DNA of 53,674 bases, taken from Myxococcota bacterium (GTDB lineage: Bacteria > Myxococcota_A > UBA796 > GCA-2862545). Positions 40,829 to 50,362 of this stretch are shown piece after piece. Position 1 is the stretch's first letter; every line of letters begins with the position of its first letter. Where the stretch lies: NCBI GenBank assembly GCA_039208735.1, contig JBCCQY010000052.1, positions 1-53,674 of the forward strand. Reading direction: 5' to 3'. The notes below the pieces were generated by a model. The model made no database searches, was not told the DNA's origin, and saw only the letters and a program-made list of their open reading frames with translations. Position numbers and translations under genes: made by a program.

Positions 40829-42284
40829 TCATGGCGGAGCGTTCGGCTCCGCGAAGAGCGGCAGGGGCTCGTGAGGAACGGGCTTCGAAGTCGCGTGAAG
40901 GGTCTTGGCGAAGCGGGCCAGGTTGGCCGCCATGGCCGCGGCGTGGGCCTGAAGTTCGGCCTTGGCCAAGCCGAAGGCGAGCGCCTGCCGCCCACCGAAC
41001 CGGACCATCCGAGCGATCAGCCGCTCACCCTCGGCGCGTCGTCGGTACTCGGCCTGGCGCTCAGGCTTCGCCCACTCGGCTCGGGCCGCGCGAAGAGCTT
41101 CCTCCCGGGCATCGAGGGTCAGCCGTCGACCTTTCCGAGGCTGCCCTCGGCTCGACTTCACGTCGGTCCACTTCGGCATGCAGCGTCGGCGCAACGGACA
41201 GGCCGCACAGTCGGCCACCGGCCACTCGAACTGCTGGCACATCACCTTCCCGCGGGAGACCTCCCGATGCATCAGGGTCTCGACGCCCGCCGGGCAGGTC
41301 GCTCGGCGCGCTTCGAAGTCGAGCGCAAACTCGTGCTTGCGCAGCACGCCTCTGGACTTCTGCGACAACGAGGGCAGCGGCGGGGCGGGGGCGACCAACT
41401 CGATCCCGAGGCGCCGGGCGGCGAGTCGGTCCTCGGTTCCGCCGTAGGCCGTGTCCGCCAGCACCCGCGAGAGGCGTACGCCCAGGGCGTGGGCCCGTCG
41501 AAGCAGCTCCTGCCCCGGACCTCCATCCCCGCAGTTGCCAGGAACCACCTTCACCGAGGCGATCAGCCCCGACACCAAGTCCCCGAGCACGTTGAGCTTG
41601 AACCCTTTGAAGGGCTGATTCTGCGATTTCCGCCCCGCTCGCGCCTCCGGGTCCGTCATGCTGACAAGACGGTCCGAGGTCGACCGGCTCGCGATCACGA
41701 GACGCCCCCGTTCATCGGCCTCGAGGTCATCGTGGATGACCTTGAGCAGGGCGGCTCCTCGTTGCTTGAGTGCCTCACGATGCGACGGATGCAATTCGCC
41801 TCGCCGCGTAAGCAGCTGCTCCACCACTCGCTGGACGTCGGTAGCCAAGCGGTGGACGACCTCGTGGCGCGCCTCGGGGTCTCGCCAATCGATGGCCAGC
41901 CCTCCCTTGGTGCTCTTCGTCGTGACCCAGGGGAGCTCGAGGTCGTGGGCCAGCTTCGGTAGCGGTGTGCGGGTCCACCGCGCCCACCGTCGCACCAGGC
42001 CGCGCAGGCCATCTCCGAGCAGGCGCACTGTGCCCCGAAGCGCTCCGAAGCAGAACATCGGCGTGCTGTCCATCATCCACAGCCGCCGGGCCGACTCGCC
42101 TCTCGACGCCATCTCGAAGAGCCACTGGTGGACGAGCCAGTACCGCGGCAGCTCGCAGCTGGGGCTCCGCTGCAGGAGCCACCCCTCGAATTCGCGCAAG
42201 GTCTTCTCGGTGGGGGTCTCGCCCGAGACCGGCAGCCGCATCGCCGCACGCCACGACAGGTCCGTTCGCGCCCGCCGACAGGCC
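40829..42284 (-). mobile_element. IS1182-like DDE transposase, 5'-truncated
   Basis: MDSTP, TDPEAR, GFKLNV, LADTAYG, CPAG, C..CPLRRRC and YRRRAEGER. Begins part-way through the N-terminal domain. Confidence 0.85.
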
Positions 42285-42601
42285 TGCACTACACCCCGAC
42301 CTACGCCTCATGGCTGAACCTGGTGGAGGTCGTCTTCTCGCTCCTCACCGAGCGTCAGCTCAAGTACGGCGTCCACACAAGCGTGAACGAGCTGATCGAC
42401 TGCATTGAGGCCTTCGTGGATGCCCACAACGAGGACCCGAAGCCCTTCCGTTGGACGAGGCCCGCGGAGCAGATTCTGGAGAGCCTCGCTCGCTACTGTG
42501 GACGTGTCCTGGACCGCCACGGACAGAACTCCGAAAGCTCGGTACCGGACCCCGATGCCGAATCCATAAATATTGATCCGACTTCCGGGTCAACCCACTA
42601 G
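42285..42601 (+). mobile_element. IS630-family transposase 3' fragment with its right end
   Basis: LHYTPTYASWLNLVEVVF...HNEDPKPFRWT; the stop lies within the terminal ACTTCCGGGTCAACCCACTAG. Confidence 0.88.
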
Positions 42602-43233
42602 AGCCAATGACACTTTACCCAGGAATCCGATCCTTGCCCCGTGCACCGTCGCGAGGACATATCCCAGGGTCGCCGAAGGCTCCAGAGCATCGTTGACCCG
42701 CTGTCCGGAGTCGACGGCCCGAAATCAACCAGCGTTACCGCAGGGAGATCAAGCCGACACCAAACCCCGGAGCCGGTTCTTCGTTGATCGAAGTGAAACA
42801 TTGTTCGAACCTCCGCCTGTCCAGATGGAGGGCCGCTCGGCAAGTTACACCGGCGTGACGTTTTCCGAGATCATGAACCTTGGAAAGGGTCTCAAATGCA
42901 CTGGCGAATACGAAGAGTGCAGCTCCCAACTGCAGTAGCCATCAAACCCCAGAGGGACCGTAGGCCAGACAGGGGGGGTCCTGCCACGGCAAGAATCCAG
43001 AAGGTGGCTTTCCGATTTCGAATCACGACAGACCTCCAGCAGGGGAGTCTGTTTCGTGAGGTCTTGCCCACCGAGGCGCCAATCGCATCGTGCGGTATCG
43101 CACCGTTCGTAAGAGAATCAGCGAAGTTTGCGCACTTCCGCGTTCAAGCCCTTGCTGGAATCGAATGCGGTTCGCGAATCCCCTAGCAGACCGCGAGCCG
43201 GCGAAGGTGCCGATATGGGCAACGTTTGTCAGC

Positions 43234-46200
43234 TTAATCCGGCCATGCGCCTTTCCAGATATTGTCATGGACATTGCGTTCGAAGGAGGGCCAGGCATCG
43301 ATCACGATGAACGGTTCGCTGACGTCAAGACGGTTCGGAACGCTGACCGTCGTCGTCGATCTGGCATCCAGGCGAAGAATCCGACGAGGTGCGTCGACCT
43401 GGTGCCAACCTCCCCGGTTCCAACGCCACCGTTGCCCGTCTGCCGACACCACTTGCTGAGCCTTGGGCTCATGCACAACAAGATCGGATGCCAACGGCGG
43501 ACCGAGCAGTTCGTCCGCCTCACGAGCGCCAAGTTCTTGCGTCAACGCTTCGCGAACCGACGCCCCGTCGTTCAGATCACCGAGGATACGTTCCACGATC
43601 CGAAGTGCGTTGTCGCGTCCAACGCGCTCCGCCCAAGCGAACGTGGCCGCTGGAGCATACGCTGAGATCCACGCCGCGTCGCCATCTCTGGCCAAGCTGT
43701 GGACCGGGGCGTCCGGTGTGCCAAGGGCGCGCGCCACCGCATCCGACGTTCGGGAAGACAAAAAGACCCAGGCATCGTCACCGTCCGTGGTTCGAATGCA
43801 AGCCAAGGCAAGCCATCCTGCGACGCCTTCATCAAGCCAACGGGAGCCAAATTCACGACGCAAATCGCTTCGTCGCACCAACGAATCGGTTGCGAGCGCC
43901 TTCGCGATAGAAAAGCGCCGCCGCCATCTCCCTGGGCCTTCATCGGCCACGTCCCATCCTGCGTCCTCGGGAAGCCAGAGCACGTCGCCACGGAGAGCCG
44001 GTGTGCCGCCCCGGGGAGCTTGGAGGACGGTGCCTCCGGAGGTTCGCGGCCAACCCGTCGTGCGCTCCAGGCACGCCGCCATCTCCTCGACATCGTTCAG
44101 CACCGCTCGAGCGGTGCTTTCGCGTGTCGACCCGTGCCACGCCGTCCAATGGTCCCCGACCGTTTGCGCGGGAGCCGTTGGCCGCCAGAGTACCGCGAAG
44201 TCGAGAGGGCCGGAGGTCTCCCCTGTCGCCGACGTGTGCCAACCATCCGGAAGATCGATGTGGTAGGTCCACGTTCCGGCTGGGGCGACCCCTTTGGCTG
44301 AAGCGAGCCCCTGGGTCGGTGAAGCCGCAACGTCCACCGGAAGCCCGAGCGCTTGTCGTGCTGGGGGAGTTCGGACCCATCGTTCAGGGTCCACGCCGAG
44401 CTTGGGAAGTACGTCATGGGCCTGAAGCGAAACCTGACGAGGATGGAGCCACGGTGTAGCGCCATCAAACGGCCATCCCTGGCGAACGACCTCGATGTCC
44501 AATACCACTTCGCACGCCGTTGGCGGGCTTTCTAAACACCCGTCGAGCGGAACGACGATCATCCCGGATCGGGCCAGGACCTCGATGTTCTCGTTGGCCA
44601 CGGTCGCACCTCGCACCGTAACTCCCGCAGGCATCTGAGCGGAAAGGACACCGGTGTCGACAGACAAGCCGCGCAACGTCCACCGAGACTGGACACGACG
44701 TGCATCGGGCTCGACCGTAATCTGCACATCGCCACTCTCGATCGTAAACGATCCCATGGACTCTAGCCCCTGGCGCTCCCACAACGCGCGATCGTGATCG
44801 TCTACCTTGGCCCGATTGAAGTCTCCCTCCACGACCAGACGCGTGTGCAGCCTACTGCCAAATCCGACCAAGATGAGGATAGCTGCTCCGCAAAGCGCTC
44901 CTGCACCACCCACCATCCGATATCTGGCGTCCAGAAGAGCGACCATGCTGTTCTCATGCACGCTCCTCGGCCACGTCAGCCACGCAAGGCCGACCAACAG
45001 TGCAACGAGCGCAAGTTTGAACGAGGCCAGTCCGGTGACAAACGGAAGCCAGGGAGACCATCCGACCAGTTCGGACAAGGTCACCTCGGCCGGAACGCCA
45101 ATCTGGGTGTGCGGGAGCACCGTGAGTCCTACCTCGTGATTCAGCACAAATGCAAACGTCACGATCATCGAACTGGCGTAGGCCGCACCTGTGGATCGGA
45201 TCAGGGCATGAAGCAAAATCGTTGCGCCGCAGATCTCGAGGATGGCGGGCGCCAGGACGAGCGCGGTGTAGAGCAGCGAGGTCAAGGAATAGAGGCTCTC
45301 GGGTGCCAGCATCGCCGTCACCAACACCCCGGAGACGGATGAGACAGCAACCAGTCCAATCGTGAGGGTAAACGATGCGAATGCCTTGCCCAGGAGCCGA
45401 ACTCCAAGCGGAGCAGGACTAACGGCAAAAACATCCTGCCATCCTGTCACTTCGTCTCGTCTCATCAAGGCACCTACAAACCCCGCGATGAGAAAGGCGA
45501 GCATAAGGTATACGAAGTCTCCCAGGAACGGTGTCATGATCTCCGGTCTTGGCACGAGCGGACCTTCGGCATGACCGACCAGGTGGACCATCGAGCCGCT
45601 TACCCCAATGACGAGGAGCAGAGCCGCCGCCAGACCTAAGCCCCAGGAACGAACTGCGTCGATGAAATGCCATCGTGCTTCCAGGAGCGTTGCACTCACC
45701 CAGCCCCCCGGCCCAATGGGATGCGAAGGAGCCGGCGGCGCCTTAGCCGTCACGGGCTTCGCCAGCCCGCTTTCAACGGCGGTAGACGGGGAATAATTGG
45801 ATTTCCCGAGGAGGTCCTCTCGGCGGAGACGTCGAATGACCCACCCCAACACAAGAACAGGAGGACCCACCCAGAGCGCTCGGTTGACCACGAATGGGAG
45901 GGTCATCACCAAGGGCCCGACGCGCTTTTCAGCGGGGGTCCATGCGCCCGTTTGCCGGATCAGTTCTGCGTATCCGGTCGGATCGACGATCGACGCTAGG
46001 GCGGGCGCGATGCCCGCTTCCTGCAGAACGACCACCGCGACCATCCACAACGCGACGAGACCGGACGCCACGGCGAAGGCTGCCCCCGTCTTGCCCGTCT
46101 GGAGAACGGCGGCGTAGCTCAACGCACCCATTCCCACCGCCGTGGTGACGGTAAAGAGAGACCAGGCCATCGCCATAGCGCCCCAGGGTACAGGCCCTAC

Positions 46201-46638
46201 GGCATCGGCGGGCAGGGCCCCAAGGGCGTGTAGCGGATGAACCATCAGAAACGCGACGGGGCTTGCTGCACCCAACAACACCGCCAGTCCGAGTGCGCCG
46301 AGAAATCGACCTGATAGGAGTTCGGGAAGCGAGATGGGTGTAGAGAGCACAAGTTCGTGCATGCCTGCATGACGGTCCCGAAGGGCAGCGCTGGCGAACA
46401 ACCAAGCCCAAGCGAAAGCAAGGTAAAAGGCTCCCCCCGCGATCATGAGGTACACCACGTGGGGGCTGTTCCGCGGAATGTCAACCGCGCCGATTTCCTG
46501 CATGTAGTCTGCGCTGACGATCACCACGCCGAGGTAGCCGATCACTCCAACAAATACGAGCGGAACGAGCGGCCCGACTAGGCCAGCCCGAAAGGTGTTT
46601 GTCGCTTCACGAAGGACAAACGCGATGCCCCGAATCAT
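43234..46638 (-). CDS. ABC-2-type permease (two TM modules) fused to an M1-aminopeptidase-like domain lacking HEXXH
   Basis: RNSP, RD.HAGMHELVLSTP, GRFLGA, IVDPTG and NRALW; second module RDEVTG...LLGK; C-terminal WLDEG. Confidence 0.8.
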   Translation of the reverse strand: MIRGIAFVLREATNTFRAGLVGPLVPLVFVGVIGYLGVVIVSADYMQEIGAVDIPRNSPHVVYLMIAGGAFYLAFAWAWLFASAALRDRHAGMHELVLSTPISLPELLSGRFLGALGLAVLLGAASPVAFLMVHPLHALGALPADAVGPVPWGAMAMAWSLFTVTTAVGMGALSYAAVLQTGKTGAAFAVASGLVALWMVAVVVLQEAGIAPALASIVDPTGYAELIRQTGAWTPAEKRVGPLVMTLPFVVNRALWVGPPVLVLGWVIRRLRREDLLGKSNYSPSTAVESGLAKPVTAKAPPAPSHPIGPGGWVSATLLEARWHFIDAVRSWGLGLAAALLLVIGVSGSMVHLVGHAEGPLVPRPEIMTPFLGDFVYLMLAFLIAGFVGALMRRDEVTGWQDVFAVSPAPLGVRLLGKAFASFTLTIGLVAVSSVSGVLVTAMLAPESLYSLTSLLYTALVLAPAILEICGATILLHALIRSTGAAYASSMIVTFAFVLNHEVGLTVLPHTQIGVPAEVTLSELVGWSPWLPFVTGLASFKLALVALLVGLAWLTWPRSVHENSMVALLDARYRMVGGAGALCGAAILILVGFGSRLHTRLVVEGDFNRAKVDDHDRALWERQGLESMGSFTIESGDVQITVEPDARRVQSRWTLRGLSVDTGVLSAQMPAGVTVRGATVANENIEVLARSGMIVVPLDGCLESPPTACEVVLDIEVVRQGWPFDGATPWLHPRQVSLQAHDVLPKLGVDPERWVRTPPARQALGLPVDVAASPTQGLASAKGVAPAGTWTYHIDLPDGWHTSATGETSGPLDFAVLWRPTAPAQTVGDHWTAWHGSTRESTARAVLNDVEEMAACLERTTGWPRTSGGTVLQAPRGGTPALRGDVLWLPEDAGWDVADEGPGRWRRRFSIAKALATDSLVRRSDLRREFGSRWLDEGVAGWLALACIRTTDGDDAWVFLSSRTSDAVARALGTPDAPVHSLARDGDAAWISAYAPAATFAWAERVGRDNALRIVERILGDLNDGASVREALTQELGAREADELLGPPLASDLVVHEPKAQQVVSADGQRWRWNRGGWHQVDAPRRILRLDARSTTTVSVPNRLDVSEPFIVIDAWPSFERNVHDNIWKGAWPD

Positions 46639-46700
46639 GCGAACCTCTGCGACGAGAGCTTCCTGGTCTGGCGAATGACGTCTTCGAGGCCCAAGTTCAT
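46635..46700 (-). other. 21-codon mini-ORF MNLGLEDVIRQTRKLSSQRFA, a probable collapsed ABC ATPase gene
   Basis: ATGA overlaps with both neighbouring genes; LEDV resembles the C-terminus of ABC-2 ATPases. Confidence 0.55.
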
Positions 46701-47917
46701 TGCAAGCTCACGATCGCGGCCGGAAATCCCGAGAACGTCAGTCCAGCTTGAGGAACGGGTCCCTCACTCGTGATGAACAGCGTCGTGGAGTCGAAGTAGA
46801 CGGAGATCTGGGCATCGTAGGTCACGCCGTCAACGGAAATTGGAGCGATCGCACCAGAGCGGAGCGGAAAGTCGTTGGAGGGAGTGGCGGACTCAACCGT
46901 GTCGCCGAGCGTCGTCCGCACCGTTCGCCAGGCCGACGCTCCATAGATCTCCGAAAAGGCATCCGGGACCGGAAGCACACTATCGTCATAGGCGACGAGG
47001 TACGCGGTGCCGTCTGGGCCGGCGAGCAACGAGCCACTGCCTTCGGTACCCGTCACGTCCGCTAGCGAGACAAAAAAATCCCTATCGAAGCTTCTTTCTC
47101 CGTCCTTGAGGCGCAACAGGCAACCGGGTGTGTTGGCGTCGGGTCGAGCGAGCATGAATGCACCATTCTGTGCGTCGCTCGCATAGTAGATGTCGCCATT
47201 CACCAGCTCGACACCAAAGGTCAGCATGCCGCAGCGCTGGTCCTCGATGACTTGGACCTCGTCCGTCTCTGTGTCAATCGCGAGAATGCGAGCCAGACTC
47301 GCGGCCGTTGCGTTGGCGATGTCGCGATAAAGTACAGGAATCAGCAAGTCCGAGTTGCGGCGAAGCACCTGGGTACTCAGGACAACCTCGGGATGCATCT
47401 CGGAGGGTGAGGCGAACCCTTCGAGGGTCCATTCGTCGAGGATGACGAGTTCAATCGGGTCGAACGTAAAGGCACGAAGGCTATTGAGATCCAGATAGTA
47501 CGCCTTGCGCTCTGAAGCGAGCAGCACCGTGGGCGGACCCGCAGCGACGGAAACCCCACGCCCCGCGAAGGAAACGGGGCCAAATTCGTTGACACCGGCT
47601 TCGGTGACCTCGTAACGGAAGACCTCCGGCGTCTCTCCACTCGAGACGAGGAAGGACCCTGGGATCGGCCCCTTGCTTACGACGCTGGACGTGGGAAGCG
47701 GAACGGTGTCGGCAGGATCCACCTCACCATCCGCCTCGAGGCTGTTCGAAAAAGCTGCGGCAGACTGGAAGCTTCCGTCAGGTCCGAAGGTGATTTGGCT
47801 GATCACATAGCGCCGGTCGTCGGGCATCCCTTCTTCGTCTGGCTGGCTGCATCCGATGGCGACCAGAGACGCGACGGCAAACATCGCGAAGAAGGGGTGT
47901 AGGGTGTGAAACGGCAT
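46697..47917 (-). CDS. second MxcI-like lipoprotein
   Basis: GGAG RBS before MPFHTL; LVAIG-C lipobox; SERKAYY, EDQRC, GDIYYAS and CLLRLKDGERSFD. Confidence 0.75.
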   Translation of the reverse strand: MPFHTLHPFFAMFAVASLVAIGCSQPDEEGMPDDRRYVISQITFGPDGSFQSAAAFSNSLEADGEVDPADTVPLPTSSVVSKGPIPGSFLVSSGETPEVFRYEVTEAGVNEFGPVSFAGRGVSVAAGPPTVLLASERKAYYLDLNSLRAFTFDPIELVILDEWTLEGFASPSEMHPEVVLSTQVLRRNSDLLIPVLYRDIANATAASLARILAIDTETDEVQVIEDQRCGMLTFGVELVNGDIYYASDAQNGAFMLARPDANTPGCLLRLKDGERSFDRDFFVSLADVTGTEGSGSLLAGPDGTAYLVAYDDSVLPVPDAFSEIYGASAWRTVRTTLGDTVESATPSNDFPLRSGAIAPISVDGVTYDAQISVYFDSTTLFITSEGPVPQAGLTFSGFPAAIVSLQ

Positions 47918-47976
47918 GGTTGAGACTCCAGCATCTTGCACTTTTTTGCTCGGCCAGGTACGTTCGACGTCCAAAA

Positions 47977-48642
47977 TCACGAGTCCTCATCGTCGGTGGG
48001 CGTTTGTGCGTTTCCCACACGAACCCCGTTCAGCAACGCGAGGCAGTGTTCGAGGTACCGCTCCATTTGCTTGTCGGGCCCACCAAGATGAGCCAAACGA
48101 GAAGCGTGGCGATCACGATATTCCACCCACCCCTGCATCAGTCCCGCAACGGCAATCGGGAGGAGTTCCGGGTCGAGGGCTGGATCGATCTCCCCAGCCT
48201 CTTGGGCGTCTCGCACACGTGACACCAGCATGTCGACGAAGTCGAACTCTCCTGGCCAGGCCGTGGTGTCGCCTTCGAGGTTCGACCAAAGTGTGAGTCG
48301 CAACCAGTCGGGGTTTTCTCTCGTGAACTTGAAGAACTGACGCATTCCTCCGTCCACGAGGCGACGGAAACTGTCGGGTTGGCCTGCCGATTGACTGAGC
48401 GGACCTTCCTGCGCGGCACCGTATTGCCGAATCGCGTAGGCCTTTACAGCGTCGTAGAGCTCTTGCTTGGTGCCAAAGTGGTACTGGATGAGCCCGACTG
48501 AAATCCCACTGGCCCGTGAGACATCCCGCAGCGAGGTGCCAGCGTAGCCAGAGCGGGAAAACTCTGTCAGGCCTGCGTCCAAGACCAACTCGCGAACGCG
48601 CTCGGGATCTCGATGACCGCGCTTGGGGCCCTTAGGAGGCAT
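47977..48642 (-). CDS. TetR/AcrR family transcriptional regulator
   Basis: HTH FSRSGYAGTSLRDVSRASGISVGLIQYHFGTKQELY. Confidence 0.93.
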   Translation of the reverse strand: MPPKGPKRGHRDPERVRELVLDAGLTEFSRSGYAGTSLRDVSRASGISVGLIQYHFGTKQELYDAVKAYAIRQYGAAQEGPLSQSAGQPDSFRRLVDGGMRQFFKFTRENPDWLRLTLWSNLEGDTTAWPGEFDFVDMLVSRVRDAQEAGEIDPALDPELLPIAVAGLMQGWVEYRDRHASRLAHLGGPDKQMERYLEHCLALLNGVRVGNAQTPTDDEDS

Positions 48643-48658
48643 CGGCTGTCTCCGCTTC

Positions 48659-48842
48659 CTTGTTTTATGACCTACAAGTAATAGGTCTACCTCATTCGTC
48701 AAGCAAAGTTCCTGTGCGAACCCACCCACTCATCCCTATTTCGGGCCGAGATCGGCCCTTTCCCAGCGCACAGACGTGCAAAGCCCCATGTCTTCACCTT
48801 GCAGCGACCCTGGATCGCATTACTTGTCGGTCGTAAAACAAG
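48659..48842. promoter_or_regulatory. pair of inverted 24-bp operator-like boxes (48659-48682 and 48819-48842)
   Basis: CTTGTTTTATGACCTACAAGTAAT matches the reverse complement of ATTACTTGTCGGTCGTAAAACAAG at 22/24 positions. Confidence 0.75.
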
Positions 48843-48955
48843 AAGCCAAACAGACACGCTTGATGAGCCAGAAACTTCGTTCAACGAAGCTTTTCGCGTC
48901 CACGCCAGGCGCGAACTGACAGCACGTGGCGCAACCCTGCGCCAAAGGAGGGGGA

Positions 48956-50362
48956 ATGAACCTTATGGCCCTAGCGGGCGCAACGGCACTGGCCATGCCC
49001 CAGGCCTTCGACATCGACAAGATCGCCCCAAGATGGACGATTGAGGTTGATAACGGGGCGATCTACGATGGGGTATGGTGGGCAACACTTAGGGATGAAG
49101 CCCTGAGCGCCATCATCGATAAGGGCCTCGAGGGCAACCCGGACCTCGAATCGGCCTACGGACGGCTGGAGACGGCGGAGGGGAGCACCCTGGTGGCCTT
49201 CGCTCCGCTCCTTCCTTCGGTCTCCTTTGACCTCACGACCAACGGACAGCCGGCGGCGGTCGTGTTTCGTTGTGCGGTGGGTCCGATCTCGCCCGAAGAG
49301 TTCGCCTCGATCGGACAAGACACCGGGGATCCGCAAGGCCTGTGCTTCACTGGCTCGGCGTTGTTCAACTTTCGGTGGGGACTCGACGTCTTCGGTCGCA
49401 GCATCCTCAATCACAAGGCCGCCCGCTTCGAAGCACAGGCGGCCCGTGGGGATCAGTCTGCCACTCGGCTCATGGTCAGCGGGACCATCGCCAGTGCCTA
49501 TCTGGATGCTTTGGCGGCAGCCGAGCAGGTGACGATCCTCCAATCACAGCTGAAGGCCCAAGGAGAACTGCTCGAGATCCTCGAGCTTCGCTACGAGACG
49601 GGTGCGGCAACCGGACTCGATGTGCTCCAGCAACGGCAGACCGTCGCATCGACCCGCGCGGCGCTTCCGCCGGCCCGTTTGTCAGCCCAAAGCCAGATTC
49701 GAGTGCTCGCGGCGCTTTGCGGCGCCCGACTCGCCGAGCTGCCGATGCTTCCGAACCGTCTTCCCGAACCCGTGGCGCTTCCGCCGATTGGCACTCCCCA
49801 AGACCTGGTGATGCGGCGCCCCGATCTTGCGGCAGCACGAGAACGTGTCACGGCCGCCCGAGCGCGTCGGTCGGCATCCATCCGGGCTCTGTTGCCAACG
49901 TTGTCAGCCAACGCCAACCTGGGCTGGCAGTACGCCCTGGCGGATGAACTTAGTACCCTCGAGACCTGGGGAATCGGTGGCAACCTGAGCATGCCACTGT
50001 TCAACGGTGGATCGGGGATTGGGGCGCTTCGTCAGGCCACGGGACGCATGCGTTCGACCGTCAGCACCTACAACACGGCCATCCTCAACGCGGTTCGTGA
50101 CGTTGAGACCGGCGTCGTGCGAGACATCGAACACAGTGAACGTCATGAGGCAGTTCGCAAGCAGGTGGACGCAGCACGAGACGCCTATGAAGAAGCGCAG
50201 CAGCGCTATCTGCAGGGCATCGACACGTTCCTTTCCGTTCTGACTGCCCAGGCGGGCTTGCAGTCCGCTGAGCTTTCCCTTGTCCAAGCCCACCGGGACC
50301 GGCTCGCCGCCCGGGTGCAACTGTGGACCGCCTTGGGCGGTGGCACTGGAGTGATCCCGTGA
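48956..50362 (+). CDS. TolC/OprM-family outer membrane efflux protein
   Basis: WWATLRDEAL, GNPDL, LVMRRPDLAAA, LSMPLFNGG, RYLQG and LWTALGGG; AAGGAGG RBS. Confidence 0.93.
   Translation: MNLMALAGATALAMPQAFDIDKIAPRWTIEVDNGAIYDGVWWATLRDEALSAIIDKGLEGNPDLESAYGRLETAEGSTLVAFAPLLPSVSFDLTTNGQPAAVVFRCAVGPISPEEFASIGQDTGDPQGLCFTGSALFNFRWGLDVFGRSILNHKAARFEAQAARGDQSATRLMVSGTIASAYLDALAAAEQVTILQSQLKAQGELLEILELRYETGAATGLDVLQQRQTVASTRAALPPARLSAQSQIRVLAALCGARLAELPMLPNRLPEPVALPPIGTPQDLVMRRPDLAAARERVTAARARRSASIRALLPTLSANANLGWQYALADELSTLETWGIGGNLSMPLFNGGSGIGALRQATGRMRSTVSTYNTAILNAVRDVETGVVRDIEHSERHEAVRKQVDAARDAYEEAQQRYLQGIDTFLSVLTAQAGLQSAELSLVQAHRDRLAARVQLWTALGGGTGVIP

Noticed and set aside
43035..43047. TCCAGCAGGGGAG as a distal attR of the tRNA-Asn island
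   Set aside because: Only 13 nt, needs an indel relative to the tRNA end, and is plausible by chance in GC-rich DNA.
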